The notes under the pieces are model-generated. The model saw only the letters and a list, made by a program, of their open reading frames with translations, was not told the DNA's origin and searched no databases. A program made the translations under genes and the position numbers. Source: Ruditapes philippinarum (Eukaryota). From it: DNA of 64,000 bases. Shown here in pieces: positions 1-13,547 of the stretch (positions are counted from its first letter, which is position 1; every line of letters begins with the position of its first letter). The stretch is from the NCBI RefSeq assembly GCF_026571515.1, contig NW_026853973.1, positions 434,001 through 498,000 of the forward strand. The letters run 5' to 3'.

Positions 1-181
1 CCAGCCAGCGCATCCGTGCAGTCTGATTAGGATCCATGCTGTTCGCTGACAAACCGTATAACAAGTAGTGAAACTGATAACAAACAGCATGGATCCTGAT
101 CAGACTGCGCGGATGCGCAGGCTGGTCTGTATCCATGCTGGTTGCAAACCCATTATGTTGGTTTTGTCATGATGCAGCTCA
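1..181. mobile_element. Palindromic MITE-like element, left end cut by window edge (same family as 44640-44876 and 58700-58933)
   Basis: Long inverted arms (CAGTCTGATTAGGATCCATGCTG ... CAGCATGGATCCTGATCAGACTG) ending GCAGCTCA; close match to two other copies in the window. Confidence 0.85.
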
Positions 182-804
182 TATAATTAACTTTTATCTT
201 ACATCAATACGTTAAAATTGCAGAAGCTGTGAGTGTGACTGAGCTGTGTAGCAATTGTTTTCTTTACTGAGGTCAAGAATTTTTTTTTGAAAAGTTTATC
301 TGTAAAGTAGTCTGTAAGTCATGGAAAATCTAACTTGACCCAATTAGATTGAAAATTCGAAACTCTACATGTATAGAAATGTCAAACTACTTGTTTAATT
401 ATATGGTTTTCATTGTTATTGCTTAAGACAGTAATTTCTTTAGATTTTAAATACCTACTTTAAATTTAGTATTAATTTTTTTAGATTAAAAATACTTTCT
501 TTGAAAAATTTATTCACTGTTGCAGTTTTTTATTACCAGGGTCATATACGTACATTAAATTTTAAATTTCAGGAATGTTGGCTTTTTTTGCCTCTCTTTG
601 TGTGAACAAAATATCAGCAGTAATATAAAATTCTTCTCCACATACCTTACAAATTCATGTAGCAATTATAATATATGCCAAGTTAATATCTGCAGTGGAA
701 GTAAGTTTGAGCAGAACTTAGCTCTTTTTGTAATCTATTTTAACATTAATACACAAATATGTTTGAAGCACTATGAATATTCTGTTATAACTATGTTATT
801 CCAG

Positions 805-3800
805 TGGTACCTGCAGGGAGTGGCGTACAACAGCAGATTCCTATACCTGTACAAATAAATCAAGATGGACAGATTGTAAGTTCTCAAATATTTTACCTTC
901 AGCCTTAATCTTCCTTTACTGTATATAATGAGCTGCTCATGTCATCAGTTTATACCAGTCTGTATGGTCATGTGGTTTTGTAAGTATATAACCAGTTTGT
1001 ACATCCATGTAGTCTGGTCAGAAAATAACCAGTTTGTACATTCATGTAGTCTGGTCAGTATATAACCAGTTTGTACATCCATGTAGTCTGGTCAGAAAAT
1101 AACCAGTTTGTACATTCATGTAGTCTGGTCAGTGTATGACCAGTCTGTACATCCATGTAGTCTATCGAGTCAGAATATAACCAGTTTGTACATTAATGTA
1201 GTCTGGTCAGTATATTACCAGTCTGTACATCCATGTAGTCTGGTCAGAATATAACAAGTTTGTACATTCATGTAGTCTGGTCAGTATATGACCAGTCTGT
1301 ACATCAATGTAGTCTAGTCAGAATATAACCAGTTTGTACATTTATGTAGTCTGGTCAGTATATAACCAGTCTGTACATCCATGTAGTCTGGTCAGAATAT
1401 AACAAGTTTGTACATTCATGTAGTCTGGTCAGTATATGACCAGTCTGTATATCCATGTAGTCTGGTCAGAATATAGCCAGTCTGTACATCCATGTAGTCT
1501 TGTCAGAATATAACCAGTTTGTACATTTATGTAGTCTGGTCAGTATATAACCAGTCTGTACATCCATGTAGTCTGGTCAGAATATAACAAGTTTGTACAT
1601 TCATGTAGTCTGGTCAGTATATGACCAGTCTGTATATCCATGTAGTCTGGTCAGAATATAACAAGTTTGTACATTCATGTAGTCTGGTCAGTATATGACC
1701 AGTCTGTGTATCCATGTAGTCTGGTCAGAATATAGCCAGTCTGTACATCCATGTAGTCTGGTCAGAAAATAATCAGTTCTGTACATCCTTGTAGTCTGGT
1801 CAGTATATAACCAGTTTGTACATTCATGTAGTCTGGTCAGTATTGACCAGTCTGTACATCCATGTAGTCTGGTCAGAATATAACCAGTCTGTACATCCAT
1901 GTAATCTGGTCAGTATATAACCAGTTTGTATATCTATGTAGTCTGGTCAGAATATAACCAGTCTGTACATACATGTAGTCTGGTCAGTATATAACCAATT
2001 TGTACATCCATGTAGTATGGTAAGAAAATAACCAGTCTGTACATTCATGTAGTCTAGTCAGTATATAACCAGTCTGTACATTCATGTAGTCTGGTCAGTA
2101 TATAACCAGTCTGTACATCCATGTATTCTGGTCAGTATATAACCAGTCTGTACATCCATGTAGTCTGGTCAGTATATTACCAGTCTGTACATCCATGTAG
2201 TCTGGTCAGTATATAACCAGTCTGTACATCCATGTAGTCTGGTCAGTATATAACCAGTCTGTACATTCATGTAGTCTGGTCAGTATATGACCAGTTTGTA
2301 CATCCATGTAGTCTGGTCAGTATATTACCAGTCTGTACATCCATGTTGTCTGGTCAGTATATAACCAGTCTGTACATCCATGTAGTCTGGTCAGTATATA
2401 ACCAGTTTGTACATTCATGTAGTCTGGTTAGAAATAATCAGTCTGTACATTCATGTAGTCTGGTCAGAAAATAACCAGTCTGTACATTCATGTAGTCTAG
2501 TCAGTATATAACCAGTCTGTACATTCATGTAGTCTGGTCAGTATATAACCAATCTGTACATCCATGTATTCTGGTCAGTATATAACCAGTTTGTACATCC
2601 ATGTAGTCTGGTCAGTATATGACCAGTCTGTACATTCATGTAGTCTAGTCAGAATATAACCAGTCTGTACATTCATGTAGTCTGGTCAGTATATAACCAG
2701 TCTGTACACCCATGTAGTCTAGTCAGTATATAACCAGTCTGTACATTCATGTAGTCTGGTCAGTATATGACCAGTCTGTATATCCATGTAGTCTGGTCAG
2801 AATATAGCCAGTCTGTACATCCATGTAGTCTAGTCAGAATATAACCAGTCTGTACATCCATGTAGTCTGGTCAGTATATAACCAGTCTGTACATCCATGT
2901 AGTCTGGTCAGAATATAACCAGTTTGTACATACGATGTAGTCTGGTCAGAATATAACCAGTCTGTACATCCATGTAGTCTGGTCAGAATATAACCAGTCT
3001 GTACATCCATGTAGTCTGGTCAGTATATAACCAGTTTGTACGTCCATGTAGTCTGGTCAGAATATAACCAGTTTGTACATCGATGTAGTCTGGTTAGTGT
3101 ATGACCAGTCTGTACATCCATAACCAGTCTGTACATCCATGTAGTCTAGTCAGAATATAACCAGTTTGTACATTCATGTAGTCTTGTCAGTATATAACCA
3201 GTCTATACATCCATGTAGTCTGGTCAGTATATTATTGGTCTGTACATTCATGTAGTCTGGTCAGTATATAACCAGTTTGTACATCCATGTAGTCTGGTCA
3301 GTATATAACCAGTTTGTACATCCATGTAGTCTGGTCAGTATATGACCAGTCTGTACATCCATGTAGTCTGGTCAGAATATAACCAGTCTGTACATCCATG
3401 TAGTCTGGTCAGTATATAACCAGTCTGTACATCCATGTAGTCTGGTCAGTATATAACCAGTCTGTACATCCATGTAGTCTGGTCAGTATATAACCAGTCT
3501 GTACATTCATGTAGTCTGGTCAGTATATAACCAGTTTGTACATCCATGTAGTCTGGTCAGTATATAACCAGTCTGTACATCCATGTAGTCTGGTCAGTAT
3601 ATAACCAGTCTGTACATCCATGTAGTCTGGTCAGTATATAACCAGTTTGTACATTCATGTAGTCTGGTTAGAAATAACCAGTCTGTACATTCATGTAGTC
3701 TGGTCAGAATATAACCAGTCTGAACATCCATGTAGTCTGGTCAGTATATGACCAGTCTATACATCCATGTAGTCTGGTCAGTATATAGCCAGTATGTACA

Positions 3801-6800
3801 TCCATGTAGTCTGGTCAGTATATTACCAGTATGTACATCCATGTAGTCTAGTCAGAATATAACAAGTTTGTACATTCATGTAGTCTGGTCAGTATATGAC
3901 CAGTCTGTACATCCATGTAGTCTGGTCAGAATATAGCCAGTCTGTACATCCATGTAGTCTGGTCAGAAAATAATCAGTCTGTGCATTCATGTAGTCTGGT
4001 CAGAAAATAACCAGTCTGTACATCCATGTAGTCTGGTCCGTATATAACCAGTTTGTACATTCATGTAGTCTGGTCCTTATATAACCAGTTTGTACATCCA
4101 TGTAGTCTAGTCAGAATATAACAAGTTTGTACATCCATGTAGTCTGGTCAGTATATGACCAGTCTGTACATCCATGTAGTCTGGTCAGAATATAGCTGGT
4201 CAGTACATCCATGTAGTCTGGTCAGTATGTAACTGGTCTGTACATCCATGTAGTCTGGTCAGTATATGACCAGTCTGTACATCCATGTAGTCTGGTCAGA
4301 AATAACCAGTCTGTACATCCATGTAGTCTGGTCAGAATATAGCTGGTCAGTACATCCATGTAGTCTGGTCAGTATGTAACTGGTCTGTACATCCATGTTG
4401 TCTGGTCAGTATATGACCAGTCTGTACATCCATGTAGTCTGGTCAGAAAATAACCAGTCTGTACATCCATGTAGTCTGGTCAGTGTATGACCAGTCTGTA
4501 CATCCATGTTATCTGGTCAGAATATAACTAGTCTGAACATCCATGTTACGCCTGGTCAGAATATAACTAGTCTGTACATTCATGTAGTCTAGTCAGAATA
4601 TAACATGTAGTCTGGTCAGTATATAACCAGTCTGTACATCCATGTAGTTTAGAATTTTTATTCTACAAGTTGCTCTTTTTCATATTTTGATTTTAAAATA
4701 ATTGAAATTTCCATGGGACAGTCCTGCACAGTGGAAGTCTATGATTACAAAAAATAAATTGTTAATTGGGCTTTTATATTAAACTCTTAAGATGATACCC
4801 AGTTTACCTCAACCCCCATTATAGTTTTGTTTTACTTAAAAAAGTTCAATTTGTATAGGAAATCAAAAAAAAAAATAGAATAGGATTACTGTTTGTTGGA
4901 GACTTTATTGTTACCAGTAATATTTACTTTGTATTTCAGAGTAATGCAGCTAGCATGGCATTTTCTGCCCAGGGTGGAATGTTCCCTCAACAACTTCAAG
5001 CTCTAGTCAATGTTAACCCAGGTGCTCAACTTACCCTTCAACAAACAGGTAATTTACAAATGATTGGGCATACACAATTTAGCTGGAATAAACATTTTGT
5101 AACCAACAGTTGAAGATAACAGTTAAAAATAACAACAAAAACATCAAAATAGTGTCAACATAATTCAACCATTTCTTTCATCAGATAAATTAACAGTTTA
5201 CAAAACTTATCAGAACATAAATGAGAATGTTTAGGAATGCCAGCAACAATACTTAAATTGGAAAAAAAAGCATTGTAAAATGTCTTAAGATGGAGAATTT
5301 CAGAGTAATCAAAAGGAACTTCTGGAACACATAATAAAAGAATAGCTTCTTTTGGTAGTCTTGTGCATCTAAGTAACATCAGGGCATTTCCTTTTATATA
5401 AAAATTCATTTTTAAAGAAAATTGACAAAAAATTTAATGCAGACAGACAATTAGAAATTTTATAATTCTCAGTTTAGGGAAAAACGTGTTTTTCATTGGG
5501 AATGCCTCTGTTTACCGGTAGTAGGTTATAAGAGGGTTATAAGGGAGAAAAGGTGTTATAACTATTGTAAAGTTGAGAATCATCTACAGATGTCTGACCC
5601 ATTGGATGATCCCAACCATTTTTTCATGTCATGTATTTAAATGCTCATTTTGTTTTGTTTCAGCCAATGGTCAGTATATATTGCAAGCATTAACCCCTAG
5701 TGGTCAAGGTCAGATGGTAAGCATGGGTCAGCAAATCATACAAGCCCAACCAGGACAAATACAACAAGTACAGGTATGCAATTCAATATGCTGCTCAGTA
5801 TATTTCAATTATAGTTCTTACAAGTGTCACTTTAAGTATGTTATGTTCATCCTACTCACCACTACACCAGCATTGTTGGTACAAATAAAACAACTTTAAC
5901 AATTAAATCTGCCAGTCATAGGAAGATACAATATGATGTCTTTTTGATATTATTTTTGTGTGTGCGTTTATCTAAAGGGGAAAAAACATGGAATAATTGT
6001 TCAAAACTTTGAAAGATTTCTGAGATGAGATGTTTATCTTGAATTTATTTACATTTAAATAGTAAAGAGCTGTATAACTGCTGCCTGTAGTTTGAAAAAT
6101 TGTTGTTTAAACTTTTTTTAAACTTTATGAAAGAATACTACAACAGTATGAAAGAAATATGTTTGTATTTCTTCTTAAGACAGTTGGGACATGCATGAAA
6201 TAAAATTTTCATGTTTGTTAAATAACAGAGATATAGCTTTATACCCATTAATAGTTACTGTGTATATGATAGTCACTGTGTATTTCACTATAATGTTCTG
6301 TTTTTAGGGACAAAATCTTCCTCAATTTGATGGTGTACATGATGAAAAACACACAGATACAACTGACACAGAGCACAGAGATACAGATACACTAAACACA
6401 GAGCAACCCTGTTCCTCACAAGACAGTGAGCCTAGCTGTTCTGGTGCTTGTGGTTGCTACAAGCAAGAAGTTGAGATTGAATTTGAAGCTTCCAAAGCAA
6501 TGTCAAAAAAGTTGGCGAGAGATATCAAAAGAAGTATAAAAAGCCGGGTACCTCAATTAGATGGAAACCATGACACAAGTTCATCAGATGATGATGATTA
6601 TGATGATGATGATGGGAATGATGATGATGATGAGAAAGAGGATGGTGAAGAAGAGGGGGAAGAAGAGGTAAAATATGTCACTATTGTGAATATTAGTACC
6701 CTACTGGTTTCACCATCTAGGGAACTTTAGGTTTGCTTTCTGGCCATCTGTGAGTTAGTCTGCTCATGCACAAAACTGGATCACATGATAACTCTTAAAG

Positions 6801-9800
6801 TACTAAAAATATTTTTATGAAACTTAAAATATGGAAATATGTCAGTATGGAGAATATGCACATTATTTTTTCTTCCTAATTGAAAAATCTTTTTGCTATG
6901 ACAACAAATGGACTTGAAATATTAGGCAGGCAAACTTTACAATGATACAGACAAAGATTGACCTTGTTCATTTATGGCAAAATTGAAAGGCCATGGCCCG
7001 TCATAGTGTTACTGATATGGTTCTTATGGGGTTTGAACATGTAGGGGACTTTGTGTTATATGCAATACTTTGATGATTGCTTATTATTTTGTTGTTGACT
7101 ATAATGCAAAAGAGATTTTTTTTTTTCAATTAATTCTTGTTTCAATTAATGTACTTATTACCTTATTATTCCAAGAATAGGGAGAGCTGTTGTACTCACC
7201 CAGGCTTTCGCATCTGTGTTTATGCTGTCATTGCTGTAACTCTTTGGTTTCTCAGAAACTCCAAAAAAAAAATGTTTAAGAAATAATATCGGTCTGAGTG
7301 GTGTTTAACACTGGTTTAGAGTTTTGATCCGTATGATGCCGTAGGCCTGAGTGGTTAATTTTTTCGCATCAAAACGACTTATTTGAGAGTATAATAGGAG
7401 GTCACTGTACAAAGCCCTTATCTCTTAAATGAACTGAATTTAGTCACAAGAGCTAAAAAAAAGAAAAATCTTGTTAACTATATAGTGTTGTTATCCAAAT
7501 ATCTTGTTAATTGGTCTCCTAGTTTGCTTTGATGATTTCTAGGTCAAGTTCGAATATGGGCACCTGGGGTCAAAAACTAGGTCACTGCCCAAATATAGAA
7601 AACCTTGTTAACACTCTAGTGGTCACATTTTTGACACAATTGTCAAACTTGGTCAGGATGCTTGTCTTAGTAATTGCTTGGATGAGTTTGATGGGTCAGA
7701 TGAGCGATCTAGGGCCATCTTGGCCCTCTTGTTTCTTTTTGTTACTTTTTATGCCACCGCAGCATCTGCGATGCGGTGGCATATAGCGATTCACCTGTGT
7801 GTGTGTGTGTTTGTTTGTGTGTGTGTGTGTTATATAGATTATATAGTGAACTTAAAAAATCTTCTTGTGAAAAACCACTTGTCCAATTTCAACCAAACTT
7901 GGCAGGATTGTTCCTTGGGTGAAGGGCTTCCAAAGTTGTTCAAAGAATTTCATTCCATGCAGAAATCTGGTTGCCATGGCAACCAAAAGGAATTATAAGA
8001 ATAAATTTAAAAAATCTTCTTGTAAAGACCCAAAAGGCCTAGAGCTTAGATATTTTGCATAAGGCATTGTCTGGTAGACCTCTAACAAGATTGTTCAAAT
8101 TTTAGCCCTGGGGTCAAAATTGGCCCCGCCCCGGGGGTCATTGATTTTCACTATGTACATATAGTAAAAACTTAAAATACCGTCTTGTAAAAACCCAAAA
8201 GGCCTAGAGCTTAGATATTTTGCATAAGGCATCATCTGGTAGACCCTTACCAAGATTGTTCAAATTATAGCCCTTGGGTCAAAATCGGCCCCGCCCCGGG
8301 GTCATTTATTTTCGCTATATGTACATACAGTAAAAACTAAAAACACCTTCTTGTAAAGACCCAAAAGGCCTAGAGCTTAGATATTTTGCATAAGGCATTG
8401 TCTGGTAGACCTCTACCCAGATTGTTCAAATTATAGCCCTGGGGTCAAAATCAACCCCGTCCCAGGGGTCATTGGTTTTCCTTATATGTATATAGTAAAA
8501 ACTTAAAAAAAAAATCTTCTAGCAATTGACAAATGCTAGGGGTTAGATATTCTGCATGAAACATTGTGTTGTAAACCTCTGGCAAGATTGTTCAAATTAT
8601 AGCCCTGGGGTCAAAATTACCCCCGCCCTGGGGGTCATTGATTTCAATATATACATATAGTGAAAAATAAAAAAATCTTATTGTCTGAAGGTACAAGGCT
8701 TAGATCTAGCTTTAATATTTGTTAAATAATATCATCATATGAAAGGTACTCTACCAAAGATGTTCAAATTTTGCCTCTTGTGTCAAAATAAGCCCCGCCC
8801 CTGGGAGCCATAGGTTTATCTTATATGTATATAGTTAAAACTTAAAAAATCATCTTCTCTAAATTGACAAAGGATAAAGTTAAGATATTTTGCATGAAAC
8901 ATTATGTAGTGAACCTCTAGCAAGATTGTTCAAATTTTAGCCCTGGGGTCAAAATTGGTTCCGCCCCGGGGGTCATTGATTTTCATTATGTACATATAGT
9001 GAAAAAAAAAATTTGTCTGAAGGTTCAAGGCATAGAGCTTTGATGTTTGATATATAATATCATCTATAGGTCCTCTACCAAAGTTTTTCAAATGTCAAAA
9101 ATTGGCCCTGCATGGGGGCAGTGATTCTCATTATGTACACGTAGTAAAAACAGAAAATAAAACAAATGTTTTCTGAATGGGAGAAAGCTATAGCTTAGAT
9201 ATTTGACTTGAAATGTTGTTTTGTGGACCTGTATCAAGATTGTTATTAAACCCTTGGGTCAAAATTATGCCTTGCCCAAGGGGACAATGACCTACTTTCT
9301 TGTCCTTTGATGTACAGCAATGACATTTTGACCATGTGCACAGTTTTAGTTGTAAAATTGAACTTTGACCTAGATTTTGATGATGTGACCTACTTTCTTG
9401 TCCTTTGATGTACAGCTATGAAATTTGAACCATGCGGTGGCATAGCATTTTTCTCAAATGCAATCTTGTTGAAATTTAAGTTACTTTTCTCTTAACAGCC
9501 CTGACAATGTTAGACTTGTCAGCAAAACTAAAATTGAGATGCCAAATGGGGAAAACCTTTAAAAAGTAGTCTCGTCATTGAAAAGTGTGAAATTATATTT
9601 TGATAATTTTCACTGTGAAGTTATCAAATATAATTTTCATAGATAAATCAGTAGTCCACTCAAAAGCATAAAATAAAGGTCAAATAGTGGTAATGGGTTG
9701 TTTTGAAAAGAAAGTTAGAGACAAGTCTAAACTTTTGTTAAAAGACAAGGAAATTCCGCAGATTTTGGGTGAATATTATTTGTGTAACTAGAAACTCATT

Positions 9801-11705
9801 CATTCATGTGAACTATTTTGATGATCAAGTGGAAGATTTTTCTTCAAAAAAGAGGGAGATTTTAGAATTTGCAATAAACAAAGAAGGAAATTCTGACATG
9901 AAAAATAGCGAAATTTCTTTAATTTGTGAAAATACCCCTTATTTTAAGAAAAAACTTTGAAAATACGACTGGAGAAAGTGGGAGTTTGCCACTAAAAGTG
10001 GGAGAGTTCACATATTGTATGCTCATTTAAAATAGAACCTATGCATTCATGATTAATTTTGTAGGAGCCTTTGAACTCAGATGATGATGTCAGTGAAGAA
10101 GATCCTACAGAACTGTTTGATACAGATAATGTAGTTGTTTGTCAATTTGAAAAGGTAGGCTTACATTATATTGTGAATACTTGCTTACCAGTAAAAGTTG
10201 ATGGTTAAATTCTTTTGACTGAATTACAGATCGTGACATATGTCATCTTACATTTTAAGTATAAAATTACAATTGCCTGTGAAATTTCCTAGAATAACTG
10301 GAACAAATATTACAATTGAATGCTTATTTTTCACTGACATAAAACATATTAAACCTTTACTTTTATGGCAGTAAATGAACTAAAGTAATTAGAATTAAAA
10401 TCCCATAAAACATCTTATCAGTTGTTTCATACTGTAATAACTAATATACCCGTCTTAATTATGATGGGTAAGGTATGAAAGTTTGCTATGGATTTACGTT
10501 TTTGTATTTTTATGCCCCTTGGCAAACAGTAATTGAACTGTATATTTGCATCGGGTTAAATAATACAGTCCGGTTTGATACAACTAGTTGCTTTATATGA
10601 ATATACATCAAAATCAAGGCCATGATTATGCCCGTTTCTTTTTCTTTATTTGTCACCCCTTATTACACAAGCAATTTAGCATTTATGTCTTATTTGGCAA
10701 TTGAATAGTTTTCAACTCCATTAAAAAATAATATCATGCCACCAATTTTTTTTCTGACAAGAACAAAATGTCATGACTGCTGTCTCAGGTTGCATAGCTG
10801 TGTTAAAATTTATAATTTTTCTTAAGTGTTGTCTCATTTGAAATGTTTAACTGAGTGACTGATTAAAACTTTTTGGTAAATTGATTACTGATCAGAATCA
10901 TTGCTAGGGTCGTATGTGTTTACCAAACACAGGTTAAGATACAATTTTAAAATAGAAAACCAGATCTTGTAAAAGCACCATTTATTTTTTCATAGGATGT
11001 TTCTTCGTTTCATACACTTAGTTACACATCTCACACTGACATTCTGTTTTGGAAGTTCATGTACTCTATACAGCTTTACTTGCTCCATTGTAAACTGGGT
11101 CATATATTAAAGAAATGATAAATGTGTTTCTATATCTTTCATGGGATTATTAGAATATAAGCAGAGTCACAAATTTGTATCACTTTGATTTTTTTGTATA
11201 TAAAAGTCATTTATCTTATATATTTCTTATATAAAATCAGGGCAGTTAGAAATTGTGGCAGTCATAAATTGTTGTAGTTGATTATTGGCTAAAATCAATC
11301 TAAAAGTTCTTAAATCTTTTTAAAAGCGTTGACAAGCTACTCCCTTATTATTTATGTTTGATAAAAAAAATCTGAATAGTATATCTTGGTGATAAAAAAG
11401 AAATGTCTAAAAGTTTTTACCTAGTTCTTTCTTTTGTGTAGTAATTTTACTTCAGAATGGTCAATAACTTTGTTGAATTGAATAAAGTGTCAGTTGTTTA
11501 CTGTGTGAAGTTTTTCTCCATCTGCTTTCAAGTGGGTGTCATATTAAAATTAGTGAAAAAAACAGGTAAATCTCATAGAAAAGGTTTTCTTTTGCAGATA
11601 AGCAGAAACAAAAGTAAATGGAAGTTTAATCTCAAAGATGGAATTATGAATCTAGAAGGAAAAGACCATGTGTTTCAGAGAGGTATTGGTGATGCAGAAT
11701 GGTAG
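805..11705 (+). CDS. GTF2A1: Transcription initiation factor IIA subunit 1 (alpha/beta precursor), 3' part; exons 805-875, 4940-5048, 5664-5773, 6308-6667, 10065-10154, 11598-11705
   Basis: All exons have AG/GT boundaries with compatible phases. Translation gives a Q/G-rich linker, QLDGNHDTSSSDDDD (Taspase 1 site plus acidic tract), EPLNSDDDVSEEDPTELFDTDNVVVCQFEK and ISRNKSKWKFNLKDGIMNLEGKDHVFQRGIGDAEW*, the hallmark TFIIA-beta C-terminus. 5' exons lie upstream of the window. Confidence 0.95.
952..4649. repeat. Intronic minisatellite, 37-bp unit (CCAGTCTGTACATCCATGTAGTCTGGTCAGTATATAA), roughly 100 copies
   Basis: Directly visible tandem array with point variants and no unique spacers; copy number estimated from length/37. 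Confidence 0.97.
6692..7072 (+). mobile_element. Degraded HINE/DINE-like (non-autonomous Helentron-type) element
   Basis: 5' TTAGTACCCCTAC with matching sub-terminal inverted GTAGGGGAC plus a short palindrome near 7041-7070. Confidence 0.5.
7165..7733 (+). mobile_element. Degraded HINE/DINE-like fragments
   Basis: Core-repeat motif GGGGTCAAAAACTAGGTCAC and 3' end TCAGATGAGCGATCTAGGGCCATCTTGGCCCTCTTGTT with terminal hairpin. Confidence 0.55.
7746..9470 (+). mobile_element. HINE/DINE-like element with ~165-bp internal tandem core repeats (copy 1)
   Basis: 5' TATGCCACCGC...GCGGTGGCATA inverted repeat, (GT)n microsatellite, ~165-bp tandem cores, 3' GCGGTGGCATA plus GCATTT..AAATGC hairpin, T-rich flanks; second copy at 16326-19051. 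Confidence 0.85.
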
Positions 11706-12005
11706 TCATATTTACTCTATGAACAGTGAACTTGGAACTGTGATCTGTAAACCAGTCCAAAAATGTTGCAGACTGTATCTCTTTTTTTCTAGCATTTTTC
11801 TATTACTTTACAATTAAGTGCAGTACCAGTCCAGACTGTGTTTTTTGTGTGTAAAAATCATGGTTTAATTTTAATCATTTAATTTTTTTTTCAAATTGTT
11901 CTGGCTTTGATCGGTTTTATATATGTTGTATTACAAAATAATTATTTGCCATATGTAATATTATTGTTTATTGTTTGACAATGATATTTCACCCAAATTC
12001 TGACA

Positions 12006-12011
12006 AATAAA
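12006..12011 (+). terminator. Candidate polyadenylation signal for GTF2A1
   Basis: First AATAAA about 300 nt after the stop codon; more distal sites also exist. Confidence 0.35.
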
Positions 12012-13547
12012 GAGATAATGTTTAAATATAAATCATCCACGATTGAATATTTGAAATTCATTGAAACATTTCTTCTAAACTATCAATTGTATATTGTGAT
12101 GCTTTAAAATATACCTTTATATAGATGAAAGAAATTAGAAATTGTTTGTATTAAATCTAAACAAAAATAAAATAGCTTTTGATTTGGTTTATAATTTTTG
12201 TATTGATAATTGTCATTAAAGTTTAAGTGATAAGGAACTGTACCAAAGGGATGACTGAAATACATTGCTGCAATAAATTAATAGAAAAAAGGTCTTCTTT
12301 TTTTCAAAATTGTCACAGCCATCAGTGAAGAACATGGTTGAACTGTCTAAATTAGCAGGTTGGCCTGGCTAGATTGGCAGGTTATTTTTGGTTTTAGAAG
12401 TTTTTTCCCCGCATCATGGCTTGCTTAAAAATGTAATAACAAGATGAACTAGGGAACTGCATAAAATGTACATAGATTACTTTCAAATACATGCAGATAA
12501 TATAAATGAAAATAAATTTGGTAGATGATATAGAGCTCTATATACATTGTTAGAAATTTGAAAAAAATCAACAAAAACAATCAGTTCTTTTCTATATTTT
12601 CTGAAAAGTGAACTGAAATAGGATCAAAGGTTAAAGAGGGAAATATAGAGGTTGAGCAGGAGCTAGTCAGGTATATATTCGAACAAAGCAGTTTTAATCA
12701 TGTTTCATAGGTTTGTGGGCATTAGTCTCTCCACATATCATGCTGATTATTGCCAACACATGAATCCATCTCAATATTAATGATTTCTTTATTCTGTTCT
12801 GTTCTGTTTGTATGAAATGTTTTATTTTGTTGTAGGTACCATTTTGCTACTGTTGTTTGTGAATAAGTTTTATATGGTATTTTATGATGATACAAATGTG
12901 TATATTGATACATTTTGATTTTTGTTGTACATTTTGCATTCATATATCATAATGTTACAGAACAAGCATAGATGTAGAGTTATTATTAATAACTTAAGAA
13001 TACATCAGCGAAGGGTCCAGACTCCCCTGTTAAAAAGAAATTCCTAAATTTTATTACCAATATCAAACTAAATCTGATTGGTTGAAATGAATCAAAAATT
13101 TGAAAATTGACCAATCATAGATTGTGATTTTTAGACTGGTTTACTTGTTTTTGTTGGTATATAATTTTGGAACCTTGTGTAGATAGGTTTATTGTTTTGT
13201 TACCTGTGATTGGTTAATAGTTATGAGGGCGCCAAACTTCATCTGTAAAAATGTATAGATGTTCATACTAATTGATAAATGAATTTGTATGAGAATTCGG
13301 ATTTTCAGAAATACATTGTAGTTGCATGTTATTTGTTTTAGACTCATTATTAATGAGAATTCTTAATGAGAATTTGATTCAACTGCATTCCATTGCCATG
13401 TTAAAAAATAGAGAAGTATCTTGCAAATTCTGTTTTTTATTTACACCCAGTTCTTTTAATTCTGTATCTTTTCTTAAACGTCTGTTGAAATATTTTTGAA
13501 TGATGAATGAGAGATGTTATCTCTTTACGTTTGTTTGTGAAAGAATG

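Noticed and set aside
952-4649. CRISPR-like array, and ORF 1688-1900
   Set aside because: No unique spacers and no cas genes in a eukaryotic intron; the ORF is just the translated repeat.
7529-7998. Short ORFs here and at 16219-16548, 17767-18130, 19545-20163, 44670-44867, 53510-54190, 58709-58927
   Set aside because: All lie within HINE, SINE or MITE repeats and show no protein motifs.
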